64,000 bases of DNA from Spongospora subterranea f. sp. subterranea (GCA_049724395.1 JAUGWO010000058.1:1-64000), one strand, 5' to 3'; shown: positions 47,101 through 61,791, counted from the first letter of the stretch. Numbers and translations are program-made. The notes: a model not told the origin generated them from the letters alone.

Positions 47101-50100
47101 ATTCTCGTATTGACCAAGCCTCAATAAGCAGTATAACAGGTTCGAGCGGTGCTCTAAATTCTCAGGTTCATTCCGGGCCTCTTCTTGATAACATACCAGA
47201 GCGTTGTTCCATTGACCCAAGCTTTCAAAATCACGACCTTGTTCTGTAGGAGTTGGAGGTCCGGATCTTAGGTGGGATATTCCAATGCAAACCATCAGTG
47301 TCGTCAAGGTGTGCAAACAGTTGCTGTAAGAATCCAAGGTCTTTAGAGGTGATTTTGGCGTTCAATTGCCTGATATGCATCTCAAAATGTCGCAACGCAC
47401 GTGCGTTAGCTCCGCACCAATGAGCAGCTTGAGCTAATAAATAATGTGGAATAGCGTTGAGTAACCCTTCTAAAACAGTCCCTGGAATAGAAACATAGCC
47501 AAACACTTTTTGGGGGACATTGGCAACTCCTGTCGTCTGGGGTAAGGCATTCAACTGCATACGCAGCAAATCAAGTAGATCGAAAATGGTTTGGAGCGAG
47601 CTTTGACATGATTGAATTGTTCTATCCCCATCGGTGGTGGCAGATTCCAAAACCACCAAAATTTCCCTCTGAATCTGCTCACGGTCATCGCTTGAACCAA
47701 AGCACAAACCAGCAACAACTAAGTGTGGAAGAAGAAATTTTGCTGTGGCGACGTCAGAGACAACAGCGCCTCTGCATGCGTCAAAAATTGGCTTGCATGA
47801 TCCTTGCGAGCGGGCAATGAGGAATCGAGTCCATTCTGCTAGCCACCTCGCATGAGCTATATCAGGGGCGAAGAATGTCTGACCATCAACCTGTGATGGT
47901 TTACGCTCAGGAATGAAAAAATTAGAGACGAGGCATGGCGCGATCAGCTCTCGGAGGTCAGACGGGAATAGGCGCCAGAATTCAACCCCTCGCAGCGTGT
48001 TAGGAGATAATTCAAGGGCCCCCTCATCACTTGCTAAATCTGGGGTATCAGATCGGCAGCCAACAAAACGAAGAATTTCCTGAATCGCGAACATTGAACG
48101 ATTTTGTGCGATTGGAGCCGACGACCGAACTGCTTTTGAAAGGTAGTCGACACACAAAATGAGGGCCAACTGATCATTTGACGATATAGCAACCGAGACG
48201 CGATGGACATCAGGCGACCAGACTTGAGCAGGATCGATTGCGCCTAAAACTCCAATACATTCCGAACAAATGAGTCGAGCGGCAGGCGAAGGATCAGAGC
48301 ATCGGCGCAATAAGGCAGAGTTCAGTGTAAGCAAACATGAATCATTGTTCGACAGAAGGTTCTGAATTTCAGAGGAATGATGTTCTATGGTTATCTTGAG
48401 CTGAAGCAGCGCCATCTCTCGGACATTAGGACTAGCATGATCCATTAGCCGGATTAAATTCCCCTGAACAACTAATGAACGAAGTATAATCATAAAGGAA
48501 ACAGACCTACAATTTTGACGACTACATTAGTGTTTCCAACAACATCTTCGACAGATACTTTAATACTACGAAGAGAAGGGTGATCAGGTATAATCGGAAT
48601 ATCTGAAAAATAGCATGAGAGTTGGCTCCGATTGTGAACCAAAAGCGATTCCAGAAATGTGACAACTTGTTTTCGGATCTTATCATCATCGGAAGAATGC
48701 CAACATGAAAGTAGAATAACAACAACTTGACAGAGACAGCTCCCCAGATGCTCAGGAGACAAAGAAGTCAAGAAACTTTCAAAAACAGAAAGCACAGATG
48801 ACTGGACTTCAAACGCGTTCACCGTCTCCAGTGCCATCTTTAATGTAGCAATCATCTTTGAAGTGAAAAAGTTTAAGCGAGGACCAACTAATTTTGATAA
48901 GCTATTTAGACTGCTGAGTGCTTGAATCTTGCGATTATTTGTACAAGTTGGACTTTGTATGATTGAATTCAAATGGTCGGAGAGCATGAGAAAGTAATCA
49001 GAGCAAAAAGACGATATTTGTGATTGTTCCGGAGGCTGAACTGAAATCTGGCCTGAACGGTAATCGCCGAATCCGGTATCCGAATCAGCAAGAACGAGTA
49101 TTGATAACGCATATGTGGCGTTTTCACGCTCTGAGTCGAGACCCATGGCATCGATGAGGCTCTCTAACAGCAACAGCTTACACTGCTTAAGAAGCTCTGA
49201 AAATCTGAACCCTGGGGCAACACGATCTGAAAGGAAAGCGATGGCAGCTGCAGCTCGGGTTTTTATCGGATCGTTGTCGACCAGGATTCGAAGCAAAACC
49301 GGGGCAATGCGATCTACAACAAGCCTGTGCATGCTGACGCCTAAGCGGAGGGCGATTTCTTGTATTGCATCTTCTGCATGGTCTAAAATTAATCCTGGTA
49401 AGACATTCGGCAATGCATTGTTCAAAAAGCATTTCACATCAACATCGAGGAAAGCCTCACAAATCTCATCGCAAACCTGACGACGCGTTGACATCCATCT
49501 GAGAACGGTCTCATCTATATATGGTTGGCGAACAAGTTGTGCTGTCGTCAAACCGCGAACCCGAGCAATCTCGCACACTTCAAAATAAGCCAATGCTCGT
49601 AAACTGACATCTTCTTGCAGCATTTGCTGAATCAATACAAACACAATAACAGCCTGAGCCGTCCCTATCAAATGTTTTCCAACTGATGACAGAGCAAGAA
49701 CAACGTCCCGAAACATATCCAGATCACCATGGGCGATGTTTGCCTGGGGAAGCTGTGAGAGCATATTGCGATTTTTTGAAGTGATTTACCTCGACAAGAA
49801 GTTCGACAAGACAATGAACAGAGCGAAGAATCGGATTAGAACGAGCCTGAGGTTCTTCATGTGCCGGACCGAAAAGGATAACAAGTGGGCAAGTATCATT
49901 TTCGCCACCTTTCACTAAGAGATGCATTGAGTTTGCCGTCGCTAGCCGGACTTCGCTGTGATGATCAAAGAGCAGGTCGACAATAAGTGCTCGTAGGGCT
50001 TGTGATGATACTATCAAATCATCCCTATTGCAATGGCAAATCGCGCGAAAAATAGAGGATGCCATCTGCGAGCGAATGCCGACAGGCAGTGAAGGGCCAA

Positions 50101-52427
50101 GCAGGGCTAAAAACGGAGATACAGTTGTCCATCGAAAAGTTTGTGTTTTCGTTGGAAGTACAGCTGAATTATGCGGTTCTGAATCGCAAATGGAGCAATT
50201 AATCTTTCCGTCGAGACCGCGTTGCTCATCGGCATTTAGCGCAGGCAACACGCAGCGGTTGGATAGTACACAAAACAGACGACCTATCGCGCCCGAGATT
50301 GAATATTGGTATTCGACCCTGCTACATAAAGAATTTAGGCGAACGAGTAAAGACAATGCGTCAGGCGAAGAATTGCAATCTGGAGAATAAAACCGGCCCA
50401 CAATCTGAGGCAGGTAACGAATTGGAAACGAAGACTTTGTCAAAACTTTGTCAATAAGTATCATTTCTGAGGTCATTGAAAGGCAAGGTAAAGATATCCA
50501 TGCGTTGATACACCACTCTTGAATTGAATCCGTAATTTTGTCTCGATGACCTGAAGAGTCAAATGGGATTTCGAACAGGGACAGCAGATTGCCGTAGATT
50601 ATAGATTTCGAATGACAATCAGGTAAAATTCGCGCGATATGTGGAATAAATTTGAAAGCTGCCAAGATAAGGGCAAGTGAAACCCCTACAGAGCGATCAT
50701 CAGTAGAGATTGCCAAACAATCTTGACCATAAGATAAAATTTCCTGAATCCACGTCGAGACGACGGTAATAAGCCTGCCTAAAAGCCCTGAATCGGGAAA
50801 CTCAGAGAAGCAAATGAATACTTCCGTAACAAGAAGGAAGTCAGTTAGAGCATTTGGTTGCGTGAAATAACTCTTGGAAGGAGATACGTTTAGCGCTTTT
50901 TTTACAAATTCGTGGAAAAACGACCAGCACGCTCTGGATATCAAATCTATTGGGAAGCACCCCTCTTTGATTACGGAAAAAGATGCGGGTGGGGAGGCAT
51001 TCAAGGCCAAAGATAAAGCTCGGAACTGATTGGGGAGAGAGCTCAGAACAAGGTGAAACACTGGACGCAAATGACATAACAGATCCGGGCGAGACAAGCA
51101 GAACTGGAGTGTGGAGAGATGAAGCCTCAAAAAGGAGAACATCTGATGTAAATGCAGTAGCAATCTACCCATGCTTTCTTTCAATTCGTAAGAATGAGCA
51201 AACTCAAGGGTGCGCGGTAAAAGAATCAAAAGCGGCCGCAAAAATGAACGAGCGTGTTTAGAATTCGTTGTGATGAGCAGAAGCGAAACTAACGCAGCAA
51301 CATATGACTCCAGAGTCGCAGTCCTAAACGAATCAGTGGCAATCAGCTCTAAGAACTGAAAAAGTGCTATTAATGCTGGCTCAGGAACAGGAACAGCAGA
51401 TCGTACAGCTTGCAATAAAGCAAATGCTGAAGCCTACAAAACAATCATCGTCAATGCAAAACTAGAGTACATTGCTTACCTCTTGAACATCTGGACTGAA
51501 ATTCAAAACCTGTTGCGAAATTACAGAGGGCAGTCCGACTAGGAAATCACGAAGATACATATTTTGAGCAGTCATGCGACCAACAATTGTTGTGCACGAA
51601 GCATGAAACTGCTCCAAACGTTGCACTGTCCCAATATCAACCATGAAGGCCTCCTTGAGCTGGCTATGTTCACACGAAGGAGGGAAATGATGATGTCGAT
51701 ATCACATTACTGCAGCATATCATACTTTGACAGTCGAATGAACAACAGCGAACGTGCTGGAAGAACGATGGCAGAGCGACGATATGGACACGTATACCAC
51801 CCTGCTCTGTAGCATGGCGAGACCCGGAAATACTAAAAGCTGACAATTCGGAAAGTACATGAAGCAAATCTGAAAATATGTGCCGGAATGGTTGAATGCT
51901 ACAGCGTTGAATGAACTGGATCAATAAAACAAGATTATCTACGAAAGCCATTTTCACTGAGGTCAGCGTCATATATCCATCGCGTATCCTACCTGTGATC
52001 GAGGTTCGCAAGCTATTCAAATTTGGATCAGCGATTTGCTTGAACATCAAAGTCATGAACGGTAGGACAGCCGTCACGTCATCTATATTGGAAACCAACC
52101 GCATTACTGCACGAATAAAAGAAGACCTCAAGCTACGACTTGAGAATTAAAAACTTGATTTATATTCCACATACCGCCAAATACTTGATCGCAAACTCCA
52201 GTATGTAAGGACGTCCTGATGAGCCCGATAAGCTCTTCCGCAGCACTTTTATCGAATTCTCCACTATCCAGCTGTGCCACATGCTTGGCTACTACTTGCG
52301 GCAACGCCTGCCGCAGGAGCCTCAAGCGTTCTTCATCGCCGAATGGAGATCGCTCCCCCATTAATGCACCTCCACCATCACTATCGATTTGCATCTGATC
52401 AATTGACCCTATGCTTTTACATGACAA
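44156..52427 (-). CDS. ATR: ATR/Mec1 PIKK checkpoint kinase (HEAT, UME, FAT, kinase, FATC), multi-exon; apparent extra base at ~47287
   Basis: [13 protein letters not shown] [60 protein letters not shown]...[22 protein letters not shown]-terminal LGRMFAGWMPWM. Confidence 0.93.
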
Positions 52428-52925
52428 CTAAGCTCAGCTGGATGAGCAGACAGAACCCCGTGATTCCGTGAACAGCGGCTAAGAAAATATAACAGCGAAT
52501 CACGTTGGCAATGCTTTGCCCTCTAGCCCTCCCTTCAGGCCATCATTCATCTGCATACGCATCAATGATTCCTTTTCACTTGGCATTGCACTTCTCGAAT
52601 CCCGAGGTCACAATTAATGTAGCAAACGCCAAAAATTCAAAACTATGAATTCGCCCAAACCTATTCGTTCTGCAAATAACACAAGCCTTGGAAGACGCAT
52701 GACATGCGATGAGTGAAATCTAACAAACAAAATCGGGTCGATTTACCCCAAATTTCGCCATTAATTGAAGCCGTTGTGTCCACTCTTATCTGAATCAATG
52801 ACTCACGGACTTACGCATCTTATTGACAGACTCACTTTTTCACCGATCACAACTTCGTATCGGTTGTTCTAGAACGACAGTGACACAGCGACACTCCTGA
52901 CCAGCCAGTCATATCATATTAAGCG

Positions 52926-53313
52926 ATGTCGCAGCTATCGAGCATGTTATTCCCAAAAAACGATCATTTTGCTGAGGGGACTGATCAGCCCCATGAACAT
53001 GGCAACTATGTCCACATTCGCATCCAACAGAGAAACGGACGAAAAAGCTTGACCACCGTTCAGGGGCTGCCTGCCGATTTAGATTTTATCAAGATTCTAA
53101 AGGTTAACCGATTTATTTTGTCAGTATGAATGTCTGAGTATTGACTATTAGCAGGCGCTTAAGAAGACATTTTCCACAAATGGAACAATCGTTCACGACG
53201 TTGAAATGGGTCGTGTTATTCAACTGCAAGGCGATCAGCGCAAGCATGTCTTGTTTTTTCTGACTAAATATAAAATTTGTGCAAGGACAGAAATCAAAGT
53301 ACACGGTTTTTAA
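52926..53313 (+). CDS. SUI1: Translation initiation factor eIF1/SUI1, 2 exons
   Basis: YVHIRIQQRNGRKSLTTVQGL...ILK|ALKKTFSTNGT...VIQLQGDQR...IKVHGF*. Confidence 0.96.
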
Positions 53314-55371
53314 TTTTCAAGGAAATAAAAATCACATCGTGCCATTTATTTTATTTGGTTATTTGTATTAGACGAGGTTCAAATCAGAGCCTACGCAGAG
53401 GTGGTGGTTCAATCGCCATAACATTAAGTTTCCCCAGGGATATCTCCTACGGTTTGCGTACAGGTATTTAGAAAGAGGGATATAACGGCAACCAGTTAAC
53501 CCCTAGAATCGATTGATGAAACCGGTGTAAATCGCTATTTTCGCCAACAATGTGGCAGTCCCGATGTATGTCTGAGTTAATCATGATCCGCAGCGTTTGA
53601 GCCGAACAAACACATCAGGGTAGTTGATTTCGGATGCCCATTTCGCAACGGGTGCTTGAGGACGACATCCAAATCTCCTGTCTTATAAATTATGCTAAAG
53701 GACAACATCAAACTTACACCTCACCAAAATGCGGCTTATGAATATCGTTATCAAATCAAAAAGAATGTAACCCTGAGGGTCCTAGCGGTTATGATTGGCG
53801 AAAAAACTGACCCCAGTAAACGAAATTTTCTGGGAGATCACGGCGGATTCGATGTCTAAAAAAACAAGGCGGTCGACGGCGCATTTGGTTTTCTGACCGA
53901 TTTCAGAGCAAGGCTGCGGCGGGATACTACGACGACCAAGAGAAGTGTTGGATGGCAAATATGGGTTGTGTTGAGAGAAGTTGAAAACGGGAATGAACTC
54001 GAATCGTAGCCTACATTCGATGATGCAACCTCGCAGACCCGTAACACCGTCATCAACGCTCCTGGATTGAACCGCTTTCTACTACAAATGCTACTGTGGT
54101 GATTCTAGAACATCTTCTCTTCTTATTTTCCTTCTATCTTTAGAACGGGTATCTCCTCCGGACGCCGACGTCATTACTTCACCATCCTCACCAAACCTAC
54201 AAATGCAAACTACTCATCGGCACGCTGGCGATTGCCTTCACGACGCACGTAATTCCATCGTTCGCACGCTGATCGTCGACGAAGAGATGGCCAACTCACC
54301 CTGAATCGCATGGTCGTTCTTGAACAAAACTCTGTCTTCCTTCATCTTCTCCAGCCAAAGTCGCAGTCTACATTATTAGACATTTTATTAGGCCTATCCG
54401 CATCATTAAATGTGCTGGGTTCTTACAACCGTCCCGTATTCCACCTTTCTCGACAGACCCCAATATCGTCACCCACCAGTATGTTTGGTTGACGTACTGT
54501 ATTTTTCTGCCGCTGCCCTGCTTTAAACACTACAGTACAGTGTCGACCGGATTGCCCACTAAATTCGTCGTGATCTCTCCGAGAATTTGATATCAGGTAT
54601 CCAGCACTACCACCATAACTTTTGAAAAATAACCACTTTCCTCGTTGGAGCACATTGCTGTTGATAAGCCCTGCCATAGGCCCTGTTCTCAATTTTGGCT
54701 CAACTTGTGATGCACTCAGGAATGATATTTGACCATTGTTAGAACTCGATTAACAGCGTTATGTGAAACCAATATCGTCAGGACTTCTGAATATCGTAAA
54801 AGTCTACAAAATACTGGCAAGTGTCGAAATCACAGCACATAAGCGCGCACGTCAATGGATGCAATAAAAACGCACCCCATAAACTGGGAAGGTACAAAGG
54901 CAAACTGCAAGACAAATGCAAAACTTCAATAAGAGCTCCAGAAGTTGACCGGATCTTAAACTAAAGAGAGTACATACATCAATTAAAGCATGTATGCGCT
55001 GCCTGTACGATTGGAAGACGTCCCATCATACGCCGTGGCCTGATGAGACAAAAAGCAGATCCACTTCAGAAAACAAATGTTTCACGGGTTGATTCGTATC
55101 GGTTTAACCCAAGCTACTCGAGTTGGAGAACGTCACGACGGTCCCAGTATCAGACGAGTATGAAATACCTTGGAAGGTGTCTGTGCCGTTTCCCGTCGTC
55201 ATCTCATACCGAGAACATAAACCAAAAGGCCACGCAGTGTTCGTCTCGAGGACGCGTCGCGCAGTCGTCAGAATATTTCTGTTCAAGGTCAAGTTATAAT
55301 AACGTGCACGTTCTATAAAACTGCAGGTCTGAGGAGAGACGTCTATCTTCATCACCTCTGCTGTGATTAAG

Positions 55372-57736
55372 ATGTCGCCTCTTCATCTCTTCCTGGGATT
55401 ATCGCTCTTGCTGTCCTTGTCGTCGGCGTTCTACCTTCCCGGCGTTGCTCCCAGGCAGTTTGACAAGGGCGATCCCATTGATCTCAAGGTCAAGGGGTTG
55501 AATTCCATCAAGACTCAATATCCCTATGATTACTATGACCTGAGTTTCTGCCGACCTAAGCAAATTGTTCATAAAGCCGAGAACTTGGGTGAGCATTTGA
55601 CCGGGGAGACCATTGAAAACTCCCCATATGAAATCAAAATGGGCGTAAAGTTCGACTGCAAGGTTCTCTGTGGCACCCCATTGGAAAGGACGGACGCTGC
55701 TGAGCAGTTCATTGAAAAAATTAAACAAGATTATCGGGTTAACATGTATGTTGATTATCTACATATTTTTATCGTCATTTTCTCACTTTAGTAGGATTGT
55801 CGATAATCTCCCGGCTGCCATGAAGTTCCAGATATCGTCAAATGCTGATATCGCAGGCCAAAGGCCAACAGAAGACGAGGTTCACTTGGTCTTAGTTGTC
55901 GTCTCCGAATTATTGACATATTGACAGATCGTCTACGAGCAAGGTTTTCCGCTAGGATTCAATGGCGGACCAGAAGCTCCTCAGGTCTCAGTCAAAGGAG
56001 AAGTGTACATCAACAATCACGTCAAAATTAGACTTCTTTACCACGATGACCCAACTTCATATAAGGGAAGCAGGTTCGTTGCAAACAATGGTGGTATCTA
56101 GTCGCTAAAATTTCTGGTCAAGAATTGTAGGGTTCGAGGTGATGCCATATAGTGTTCAGCATAAATATGAAGGTGATTGGCCAACCGATCCGGAGAAAGA
56201 ATCGCAGATGCAACTTTCAACTTGTCCAGTAATCCAATCTTCGAACCCGATGAGTTTGACTAACGTACGTATCGGCCATGAACACCCCAAGTACTCGGTG
56301 GAATTTGACTTGATTTATTAGACGAAAGGTTCACCAGTGCTTATTTGGACTTACGACGTTGAGTTTGTCGTGTCGCCAATCAAATGGGCGTCGCGGTGGG
56401 ACCTGTATCTCAAGATGACTGATTCCAAAATCCATTGGTTATCTATTATCAACTCGTTGATGATTGTTTTGTTCCTATCGGGTATGGTTGCGATGATAAT
56501 GATGAGAACCCTTCATAGGTATTTCCAGCTATTGTAAGCAAACGGTGTATTGAAACAAATTCCATAGGGACTTCCGTCGATATAACGAACTCGAGCAGGA
56601 CGAGGAGACTCAACAAGAAGAAATTGGCTGGAAACTTGTTCATGGTGACGTTTTTCGCCCGCCTCAGTATGGTGGATTGTTCTCCATTATTGTTGGCAGC
56701 GGTGTTCAAGTTACGTTAATGTCAATAATCACAATGTTTTTTGCGGTTCTTGGATTTCTTTCTCCTGCCAATCGGGGTGGTTTAATGACAGCGCTGGTCC
56801 TGATTTTTGTTTTTATGGGAATCGCGGCAGGTACTCGTTGCTGATGAGGTTCTTATTTTCTTTCGTTAAGCATTTTGCAGGTTATTTTTCGGCCCGTACC
56901 TACAAGATGTTTGGTTTAACGGAATGGCGAAAGAACACCCTCCTCACTGCGCTGATGTTTCCGGGATATTGTTTTGGTGTATTTTTCACGTTGAACCTTA
57001 TCGTTTGGTCCAAACATTCATCAGGTGCTGTTCCTTTCGGCACACTTTTCGCATTACTTGTCCTCTGGTTCGGAATCTCGGTTCCTTTGGTATATTTAGG
57101 AAGGTAAACTTCCCCAACGGTTTCTGTTGCGTAAACTTTTATCTGACGTTAACTGTCAGTTATTTCGGTTATAAGAAACCGTCTGATCCTCTTCCTGTTA
57201 AAGTTAACCAGATTCCCCGTCAGATACCTACACAAATCTGGTATATGAGGCCTTCTTTTTCGCTTATTGTCGGAGGGATGTTGCCTTTTGGAGCGGTGTT
57301 TATTGAGATTTTCTTTATAATGTCCAGTCTTTGGTTGCACCGATTTTATTACATGTTCGGGTTTTTGGTGATTGTATTTGCGATTCTTGCTATCACCTGT
57401 GCCGAAATCACCATCGTCATGTGCTACTTCCATTTATGCAGGTAATTAATCACTCTCACAGTCCTTTTATTTTCTTCTAAATTCTATCGAAGTGAGGATT
57501 ATCAATGGTGGTGGCGGTCGTTTTTCACATCTGGCGCCTCCGCTGGATACCTTTTCATATACTCGGTTGTGTATTTTGCCACTAACTTACACATCAAGGA
57601 GTTCGCGTCGACTTTCTTGTTTTTCGGGTACATGACCCTAATATCAACTGCCTTCTTTCTTGTAACCGGAACGATCGGCTATCTTGCGACATTATCCTTC
57701 GTGAAAAAGATCTACGGGTCCATCAAAGTTGATTGA
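55372..57736 (+). CDS. Transmembrane 9 superfamily (nonaspanin/EMP70, TM9SF2/4-like) protein
   Basis: Signal peptide then FYLPGVAP; WASRWDLYL; IHWLSIINS; GWKLVHGDVFRPP; GGMLPFGAVFIE; EDYQWWWRSF; C-terminal YGSIKVD. Confidence 0.95.
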
Positions 57737-57865
57737 TGTGGCTGTATATGTGCAGAATTGAGTGAATAAATGCAGGACGTTATCGCCTGAGTTGATATTC
57801 GATAGTATATCTGATTGCCGATAGGAAATTATCGTCACAGGGGATAACTACGATTGAATGGTCCA

Positions 57866-60741
57866 ATGGAAATGGATGAGGATCTGCTTGAACTGGCCCG
57901 TCGAGTCGATGCTGTTGGTGGCAAGTCTTCCGTCAAGCTTGCCGCTTGGGAAGCAATGGTTCTAGTTCGCCATGTTCACAACCCTGCCACACCATCGGCC
58001 AAGTTCGAAATTGAACAATCTTCGGATAGAGCTTCTCTAAGGTTGACATTCTCTCCGATTGCTTCATGGATTATTAAGTAGTTTAAGCCAATACCTTCAA
58101 TTTGATCTGTAGTATAATCATGAGAGACGGATCGCGCCGTCATTTCAAAGCAAATAACATATCCACTGAAGTCGCGTCCATCCAGGAACATGCTGCCAAT
58201 AGTGCCATTCAGTGGACAATCGATGGATTTAACTCCACGATTGTTATTGTAGGGCATCCAAGTACGTTCAACGCAACAAGTTTCGCCAAAAAATATCAAA
58301 AAACAATATTCCGATAGGCGAATGCTGTTTTTTTGTCGATCTGCTCTTTGAAGCTGCTGGTTCAGTGTTCAAGCGTGTTCGGGGTAATATTTTCAACAAC
58401 AAGCTGTAATTGTGGTGTTAAATGGGTGGACAGATATCCGTTCAATCACAATCAGCTTTTCTTATTGGAAATTAGTGAACAGTAAATCCAAAGTGGACAT
58501 GATTTCCAGGTGAGTGATTTATTGCCAAATGTATCCAGGAACCTATGCCATCAGTATTTGTTTTTTGACAGAATTGTTGACGGGACTGGCCGCCAACTGA
58601 TGTCCAAAGACAGGCCAGTTCAGGTTCACGTTGAGGATGTAGCTCAAATCAAGAACATACTGTCCATCGCCGACGCCTTAGGTCCAGGGTTCAGCAATTT
58701 TTCAACAGATCCCGTTTCTCATGCTGTACATTGCTCCAGATGATCAACCTGATGCGCATCGGTTCATCCGCATCTGTATTTTGAATCATTCCTCGAACTG
58801 TTATTCTGAGTTCAATGTACCTCTATTGTTGGTTTATTCCTGTTGTCCAGTTTTTGAATTGCATTCTTGTTGTCGCTGATAGATGATCAATCTTGAACGA
58901 AGTTCAAAAACTATAACCGAGTTGGGAACCCTATTGGTCAATCTGCAGCACAAAAAAACTCAACTCAACGGTGTCAAAAGCTCAAAGTCAGATTTAATTC
59001 GAATTGCTGCCGATTCTGGAGTCTCATCACTTGTTTTTGGAGTCAGGTTAACCGATTGCTTAGGCGAGCTGCTGTCTCGGAACTCCAAATGCATCATGCT
59101 GCCGATAATCAGCGAATGCGAATCCGAGTTTCTTGCCAACTCGACAATACTACGGATCGGGTCTGAGTTTATGTCGATCGAGAGTTCATGTGTGTCAACG
59201 CCAATTTCTGACCATGACTTTCATACAATACCATACAAAAACCTCATCAAAGACGAGGAATTCAACGAGAAACCAGTTGAAAAGGTGACGCAAATCGGGT
59301 CCGTTTGGTGTCAATAATGCTCTGCCAACTCATATTTAGTTATATATTCACACTATACCCAGTACATCCTTAGACTATCAAAACAGCCCAAAAGCGTTAA
59401 CGAATACAAATACCCAACAGAACGGTGCTGAACAGTACGATTTCAATCTTTCTTCTTGTGCTATTGCTCTTAATTCGATAAGTGTTTCATTCAGCGACAA
59501 AAATGGATTCGATTCGAAACACGACAATATGGGCTCGAGTACACCAGGTGAATATGGAGATCAAGTGATGAAAGCGATGAAGAGATTTGGATTCCGGTCA
59601 GTCGAGGCGTACTCTGCCTTAATGACGAGCTTGAAGAAAAAACCCCCGAGATCAGAGGAGCAGTTCCTAGCTCACGATCTGAAAGTGAGAGACTTACTGA
59701 CAATCAACGAAGACGGAATCATTGATCCATTCTTCCTGATAGTTGGTCGACCTTCTACTTGAAAATGAGTCGTTGAAGGATCGGTGCCGTTTAACAACCG
59801 AACCCCACTCCACTCAACCAGATCATATCGTCCAGGATCTCACCATTGCCAAACTGCAACAGGAAAATTCCAACCTTCACCAGATCGTCGACTCGCTTCA
59901 GCGCCATATCTACCTTAGTTCGCTCAGCGACCGATGAAAACAGATTAAGGTTTCGATATCTTCAGCACACGGTTGGGGGTGTTTTTGCAATTGTTGAGTT
60001 CGTTAATACTCAGAAGCGCGTCCAATTGCGGATGTTCGCCCTTGAACGAAAAGCCACAAATCCAGAAGCTAACTGAGACAGCACAACGATGCCTTCGATC
60101 GGCCTTGCAACAAAATCGCAATCTGATCAAGTAGGGTCATCGTCAAATGTGTGTGTGTGTGTGTGTGTGGATGTGCTTATGGTCCGTTCAGGAATGTGAA
60201 ACAGCGAGAATCGAAAATCACAGCGTTGGAAAAGCAGCAAAAAGGCGATCAAGAGAAGGTAAATAGAGCAATGGGATCGATGTTTGTGGTGCGACTTATC
60301 GATCGCTAAAAGATCGTCAGCGACGAACTGCTTCTGGGTAAATTACAGCAAGACCTGGAGTATTGCCAGGAATACATCAAATCGCTGGAGGGTGAGTTCA
60401 GCGTGATGCGCCATCTGGTGAACGAATCTCGCACAAGCGTCGGGGATTATGGGCAAGGTTGGTCCAATTAAGGGGTTTTGTACCACAGGAGAACGGAACG
60501 CTGAAGCGATCTCATGCACGTAGAGCGACGACTGCGATCGGCACCTCTGACCAGGATCCTGAACCAGCTGGAAAAGCAGGCGATGAAGGGCGACGATTAC
60601 TGCCAGCGATTGCGGTGCCTGCGACTGATCCACGAGGCCAGGCAATCATTGGAGGAGATTGAGCGGCAACAGATGGAGAGCGCTCACAGGGAGCAGAAAT
60701 GGGCTTTGCTTTTCAACTCAATACGAGATCGTAAATCATAA
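57866..60741 (+). CDS. Highly divergent kinesin-motor-like domain followed by coiled coil, many exons
   Basis: WTIDGFNSTIVIVG resembles kinesin GYNxTIFAYG; ISFSYWKL; LTDCLGELLSRNSKCIMLPIISE...STILRIG resembles LTxLLxDSLGGNSKTxMIxxISP...TLSTLRFA. C-terminal heptad-rich exons. Confidence 0.55.
60148..60169. repeat. (TG)11 microsatellite, intronic
   Basis: Directly visible. Confidence 0.95.
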
Positions 60742-60769
60742 CGGAATTTTAGAACCAATGGTTGTTTTA

Positions 60770-61123
60770 TCAGCGTCGTTTGTTTCTCATTTGACGACGT
60801 CTTTTCTTTCTCTGACGCGCCTCGGCAAGTTCCGCTTTCTTCTCCTTGATCTGCAATTTTGTCAGTCGGCGACATTCGATGTTGACGAGCTGGTTTTTGG
60901 AGAGGTCAAAGCGAACATGCCGAGCCGGGTAATCTGTGATGTCGTTGGACCCAGGTACGGCGACCTTATCGGGGAAGATCTCTTGAACATTCATGAACAC
61001 GGTATCGGACGATGGCGCCACAGGTGTACATATTGAAGAAATATCTGTCTGATGATCCCCCATCTCGATATATTGAATATCGTGTTGCAGCGGGATCGCC
61101 CCCCTCGTTTGTGATTGGAACAC
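60770..61123 (-). CDS. Hypothetical ORF with basic C-terminal tail; may belong to the adjacent transposon
   Basis: 117-codon ORF ending EARQRKKRRRQMRNKRR. No domain recognised. Confidence 0.25.
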   Translation of the reverse strand: MFQSQTRGAIPLQHDIQYIEMGDHQTDISSICTPVAPSSDTVFMNVQEIFPDKVAVPGSNDITDYPARHVRFDLSKNQLVNIECRRLTKLQIKEKKAELAEARQRKKRRRQMRNKRR

Positions 61124-61791
61124 GACGATGGAGCTACAACGTCAGGAGGGGAACGTTCTGTTAGTCACAGGAAATGAGTTGTTCAAGTTATTTACGACAA
61201 CAGTCTGGATAAAGACGGGGGAAGGGGGTGATTTCCGATTCAGGTTCCTTGATTATTGGTGAACTGCCAAGTGACAGCACATGTGAAATTGACAAGTACC
61301 ACAACCCTTTCGAGACGTTCGGGACTATCACCGCTTGGCAAAGTTGGGCGTACAACATCAAAACTAACAGCAGATCCGGATGGAATGGATGTGCGAGGAG
61401 CTGCGAGACGAGACCGATTTGGATCGTTACAAAGCAATCCTCGCCTGAACCTTGACGAGGCTTCCAAAAGTCTTGTCGCGTTTTGTCAGTCCATTTTTGA
61501 ATATGTCTAACGACTTGCGATGATGGGCATCGCACCACTAATTCAAAGACAGTCGCGGTTCCTCAGACGTGTCGACGTCGGCCGTTCGTCAACAGGCGAG
61601 GACCGCTTTGTACAGAATTGAAATCTTTCCCGCAGTCCTATCCTGATCTGGTCTGAGATCCTGAGGAGAGTTCCAAACTCCAGAGGGATGCCAAGGTGCT
61701 AGAATCGACGAAGAGAGACCGCCAACTTCGCAAGCGTTGATTGTGCCGTCCCGTTTCGATTAATTGTAGTACTCGGCAGTTTGTTGATCGT

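Noticed and set aside
52915..52930. Poor-context start codon for eIF1 autoregulation
   Set aside because: Context AAGCG-ATG-T has a purine at -3, so no clear weak-context signal is visible.
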